Assembly: GCA_050290185.1 (NCBI GenBank)
Contig: JBNKHE010000002.1
Span: 160,001-224,000 of the forward strand
Source: Pontiella sp.
GTDB taxonomy: Bacteria; Verrucomicrobiota; Kiritimatiellia; Kiritimatiellales; Pontiellaceae
DNA length: 64,000 nt
Direction of reading: 5' to 3'
This document shows positions 61,074 through 64,000 of this stretch, one piece after another. The notes under the pieces were generated by a model, which was not told where the DNA came from, made no database searches, and saw nothing but the letters and a program-made list of their open reading frames with translations. The translations under genes and the position numbers were made by a program. How positions within the stretch are numbered: position 1 is the stretch's first letter; each line of letters opens with the position of its first letter.

Positions 61074-62165
61074 TCAGCCCTCCGAAGGAATCACCTGGAC
61101 GGTTGCTCCGGGGACCGCTTTCTGGACCCCGTCAACCACAATACGATCACCCGGTTCTAAACCGGACAAAATCGCGACATCCATTTCAATCTGCCCGCCG
61201 GCTTCAACCCGGGCCATGCCGACGGTTCCCGCCTCGTCGACGGTCAGCACATACGCTCCGTCACCATCCAGCAACAGCGCGCGCTGTGGAATCTTGATGC
61301 CTTTCTCTCCGGCAGGATTGCTCAATCGGGCCGTAACGTATCCACCCGGCACCAACAGGCCGTCCGGGTTGTCGAAGAGGTAGCGCACGGCAATGGTGCC
61401 GGTTGACGGATTGATGACGTTGTCGTCGAAATCCTTTTTTCCGATGTTTGAAAGAAGCGATCCATCGGGCAGAACAACACGGGCCTCGAGTGCGGCGGCA
61501 TCGCCGGCCAGCTCGTGGCGGCGCATGGCCAGAAACTCGCGGTCCGTCTGCGAAAAGACCACACGAATCGGATCAAGCTGCACAATCCGGGCTAGCTCGG
61601 CGGTGCCCGGCGTAACATAGTTGCCCTTTTTGACCATCGCAGTACCGATCCTCCCGCTGATCGGCGAGCGGATTTCCGTGTAATCCAGATCTACTTTCGC
61701 TAGGTCATAGGCGGCCTTGCCGCGCAGGAAATCACTCTCGGCCGCTTCGAGATCAGAGGCCGACACGCTGCGGGTATCTGCTTTCTTCAGGCGCTCATAG
61801 CGTTTTTTCGCGCAGATCATTTCGGCCTCCGCCGCATCGGCGGTCGCCTGATAGGCGGAATGGTCGATCGAAAACAACAGATCCCCCTCTTTCACAAGAG
61901 AGCCTTCGGTAAAACAGACCTGCTCAATCCGGCCGGACACTTCGGGGCGAATAACCACTTCCTGCAACGGCTCGACACTTGCGATATACTCATCTGCGGA
62001 GGCCAGCAGCGTCTCCTGCACTTCCATTACTTTTACCGCGGCAGGCGGCATCTGCATCCCACCCATTCCAGGCGGCGGTCCGCCCGCAGGCATGAAACCG
62101 CGAATGAAAAATCCCAAACCAATCAGGATTATTACAACGATCAAACGTCCGATAATTTTAAACAT
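61074..62165 (-). CDS. RND efflux periplasmic adaptor (AcrA-like)
   Basis: [43 protein letters not shown]. Confidence 0.93.
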   Translation of the reverse strand: MFKIIGRLIVVIILIGLGFFIRGFMPAGGPPPGMGGMQMPPAAVKVMEVQETLLASADEYIASVEPLQEVVIRPEVSGRIEQVCFTEGSLVKEGDLLFSIDHSAYQATADAAEAEMICAKKRYERLKKADTRSVSASDLEAAESDFLRGKAAYDLAKVDLDYTEIRSPISGRIGTAMVKKGNYVTPGTAELARIVQLDPIRVVFSQTDREFLAMRRHELAGDAAALEARVVLPDGSLLSNIGKKDFDDNVINPSTGTIAVRYLFDNPDGLLVPGGYVTARLSNPAGEKGIKIPQRALLLDGDGAYVLTVDEAGTVGMARVEAGGQIEMDVAILSGLEPGDRIVVDGVQKAVPGATVQVIPSEG

Positions 62166-62183
62166 TGGACTCTCTCCTATTTA

Positions 62184-62831
62184 TTAAAGGTCTTCTGGCA
62201 GACCCAACAGCAACTGGGTCTGGCGGACCAATACATTCTCTAACTTCTGCAAATACGATTCCGAATAAACGGACACGTTCAGTGAACGGTGCAACGCCTT
62301 CATATAGGTTGAATGGGAAAATATCGGCATCAACATGGCCATGATATGGATCATGGTCTCTTCATCGTCCAGTTCGGGATTAATCAGTCGAAAGAAGCGG
62401 CCGAGCGCCTCCATGTTTGGATCCATCATATCCTTCATGATGAGGTCATACAGTTTGTCATCGCGCTGCAATACCTGATAGATGAGCTGCGAGTGCCAGG
62501 CCGGACGGTTCGAGCGAAACATATCCGTAACCTCGGTCTGAACGATCAGACGTACCGCGCGTGAAAACTCTTCAGGCGAAGATGTCGCCGTCATTTCATA
62601 GATCCGGTCTTCGTAGGTTTTGTTAAGGCAATAACGCTTGGCCTCCTGCAAAACGGCCTCTAACAGGCCGTCCTTGCCTCCAAAGTGGTAGTGGATGCTG
62701 CCAATGTTTTCACCGGAACGTTCGGCCACCGCCCGGGTCGTCACATTATCCAACCCCAGTTCGCCAGCCAGCTCACCCGCTGCGTTGACAATTTTTTGCT
62801 TGGTTGTTTCGCCTGCTGAATAGGTCTTCAT
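62184..62831 (-). CDS. TetR family regulator (CerR/YbiH-like)
   Basis: TTRAVAERSGENIGSIHYHFGGKDGL helix-turn-helix. Confidence 0.92.
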   Translation of the reverse strand: MKTYSAGETTKQKIVNAAGELAGELGLDNVTTRAVAERSGENIGSIHYHFGGKDGLLEAVLQEAKRYCLNKTYEDRIYEMTATSSPEEFSRAVRLIVQTEVTDMFRSNRPAWHSQLIYQVLQRDDKLYDLIMKDMMDPNMEALGRFFRLINPELDDEETMIHIMAMLMPIFSHSTYMKALHRSLNVSVYSESYLQKLENVLVRQTQLLLGLPEDL

Positions 62832-62861
62832 AAACCCTGCTCTTTTTTAATCATGCGACCA

Positions 62862-62900
62862 AATTTAATCCCTCGAACAAATTAGTCAATCGATTAAATT
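62862..62900 (-). promoter_or_regulatory. Promoter and TetR-type operator of the efflux operon
   Basis: Minus strand TTGACT-N16-TAAATT; imperfect palindrome AAATTAGTCAATCGATTAAATT (62879-62900); extra half-site AATTTAATC at 62862-62870. Confidence 0.65.
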
Positions 62901-62992
62901 AAAAACTGACAATCAGTGTAAGTGACTGCTTAGATGCATATTATGAATTATATAGGAGATATTTTATGAGAGAATGGACTACCTTTGTGTCG

Positions 62993-63025
62993 TTTTGGGA
63001 CGGAACGGAGCCTGCCCCTCCAAAA
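62993..63025. repeat. REP-like / terminator-like hairpin downstream of the ABC-F gene
   Basis: TTTTGG...GGAACGGAGCCTGCCC...CCAAAA imperfect inverted repeat. Confidence 0.4.
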
Positions 63026-63066
63026 CCTGCCTTGCAAGCTTTGCACCTTTGCGCGAAATAATTCTC

Positions 63067-63999
63067 TTACGCTTCCAGTGCCTCAGCGGTCTGTTCCCAA
63101 TCGGATTCCAGCTTTTGGATCTCCTTCTGGATCTGGGCAAGGCGGCTGTTGATGGCAGCAAAGTCGGCATCGCGGCGCGACATCATCTCCTCGGTGAGTG
63201 CGGTCTGTTCCGCGGTCAGCTTCTCGATCTGGTTTTCGATTTTCTTCAACGCCTTTTCGGCTTCGCGCTGCTGGGCGCGTGCCTTGCGCGCATCCTTGCC
63301 TTTCTCCACCGGCTTTGCCGGTTCGGACGACGGGGACGTCGTCCCTCCATCGCCCACACTCCCCTTCTCGCCCTCGCCCTCTTGCGCTGCGATCTTCTCC
63401 TGGTAATAGTCGTATCCGCCAGGATATCTCGTTACGCCGCTATCATCGATCGCGACGATATGCTCTGCAATCTCCCGAACGAAGGTGACGTCGTGGCTGA
63501 CGACGCACAGTGCGCCCTTGTAATGCTTCAGCGCTGTTTCAAGTGCTTCGCGGCCATTGACGTCGAGGTGCGTGGTCGGCTCGTCGAGCAGCAGGAAGTT
63601 GGGCGGATCGATAAAGAGGCGCGCGAAGGCGAGGCGGATTTTTTCGCCGCCGCTGAGCACTTCGCACTTTTTGTCGACCGAGTCGCCACTAAAACCGAAT
63701 CCGCCAAGCAGTTTGCGGACGTCCGATTCCGATGCGACGGGATTGCCTTCCTTGACAATGTGAAAGACCGACTTTTCCGGCGGCATGGTCTCTGCGAAAT
63801 CCTGCGACTGATAGCCGACCACCACCTTATGACCCAACACCCGCTTGCCGGCGCTCAGTTCCAACGCACCCGCCAGCGTCCGCAACAGCGTGGTTTTCCC
63901 CATTCCGTTGTAGCCGACCAACGCCACCTTTTCGCCGCGGTTGATGTTGAGATCCAATTCCTGAAAAATCCAGCGCTTACCATCGTAGGTCATCCCGCC
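63067..63999 (-). CDS. ABC-F family ATPase, C-terminal part (5' end outside the window)
   Basis: GYNGMGKT, LSGGE, LLLDEPT, VSHD and a C-terminal coiled coil (Uup/YheS-like). Confidence 0.93.
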   Translation of the reverse strand, partial: GGMTYDGKRWIFQELDLNINRGEKVALVGYNGMGKTTLLRTLAGALELSAGKRVLGHKVVVGYQSQDFAETMPPEKSVFHIVKEGNPVASESDVRKLLGGFGFSGDSVDKKCEVLSGGEKIRLAFARLFIDPPNFLLLDEPTTHLDVNGREALETALKHYKGALCVVSHDVTFVREIAEHIVAIDDSGVTRYPGGYDYYQEKIAAQEGEGEKGSVGDGGTTSPSSEPAKPVEKGKDARKARAQQREAEKALKKIENQIEKLTAEQTALTEEMMSRRDADFAAINSRLAQIQKEIQKLESDWEQTAEALEA

Positions 64000-64000
64000 C

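Overview
A gene-dense, GC-rich bacterial chromosomal segment. The gene content (PEP-CTERM protein, SHD1/C39-type peptidase, two-domain NDK, fkp, nonamer-periodic intergenic palindromes) suggests the PVC superphylum, possibly Kiritimatiellota; this is inference only. It holds about 57 CDSs. Most are housekeeping: pgm (partial), aspC, ndk, eno, ftsB, thiD, nth, hemB-hemL-nfi, secA-tilS-ftsH, hrpB and a partial ABC-F. There are also two RND efflux loci, an Rrf2-flavodiiron-rubredoxin stress operon (the rubredoxin is missing from the ORF track), a Crp/Fnr-ferredoxin-cupin module with its operator, a flotillin operon, fucose salvage (fkp) and a fadD-fadL pair. I found no rRNA, tRNA, CRISPR array, transposase or prophage gene. 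The most unusual items are: (1) a 1505-aa RND pump fused to its outer-membrane factor through an intact internal lipoprotein signal, a possible polyprotein; (2) an exported bactofilin-like beta-helix membrane protein inside the nfeD-floA operon; (3) a WecG/TagA glycosyltransferase with two STAS domains; (4) an NDK with a catalytically dead N-terminal copy; (5) a candidate minus-strand sRNA exposing an anti-Shine-Dalgarno loop. All calls come from reading motifs by eye; no database searches were run. Several start codons were moved from the ORF track based on RBS position and domain boundaries.
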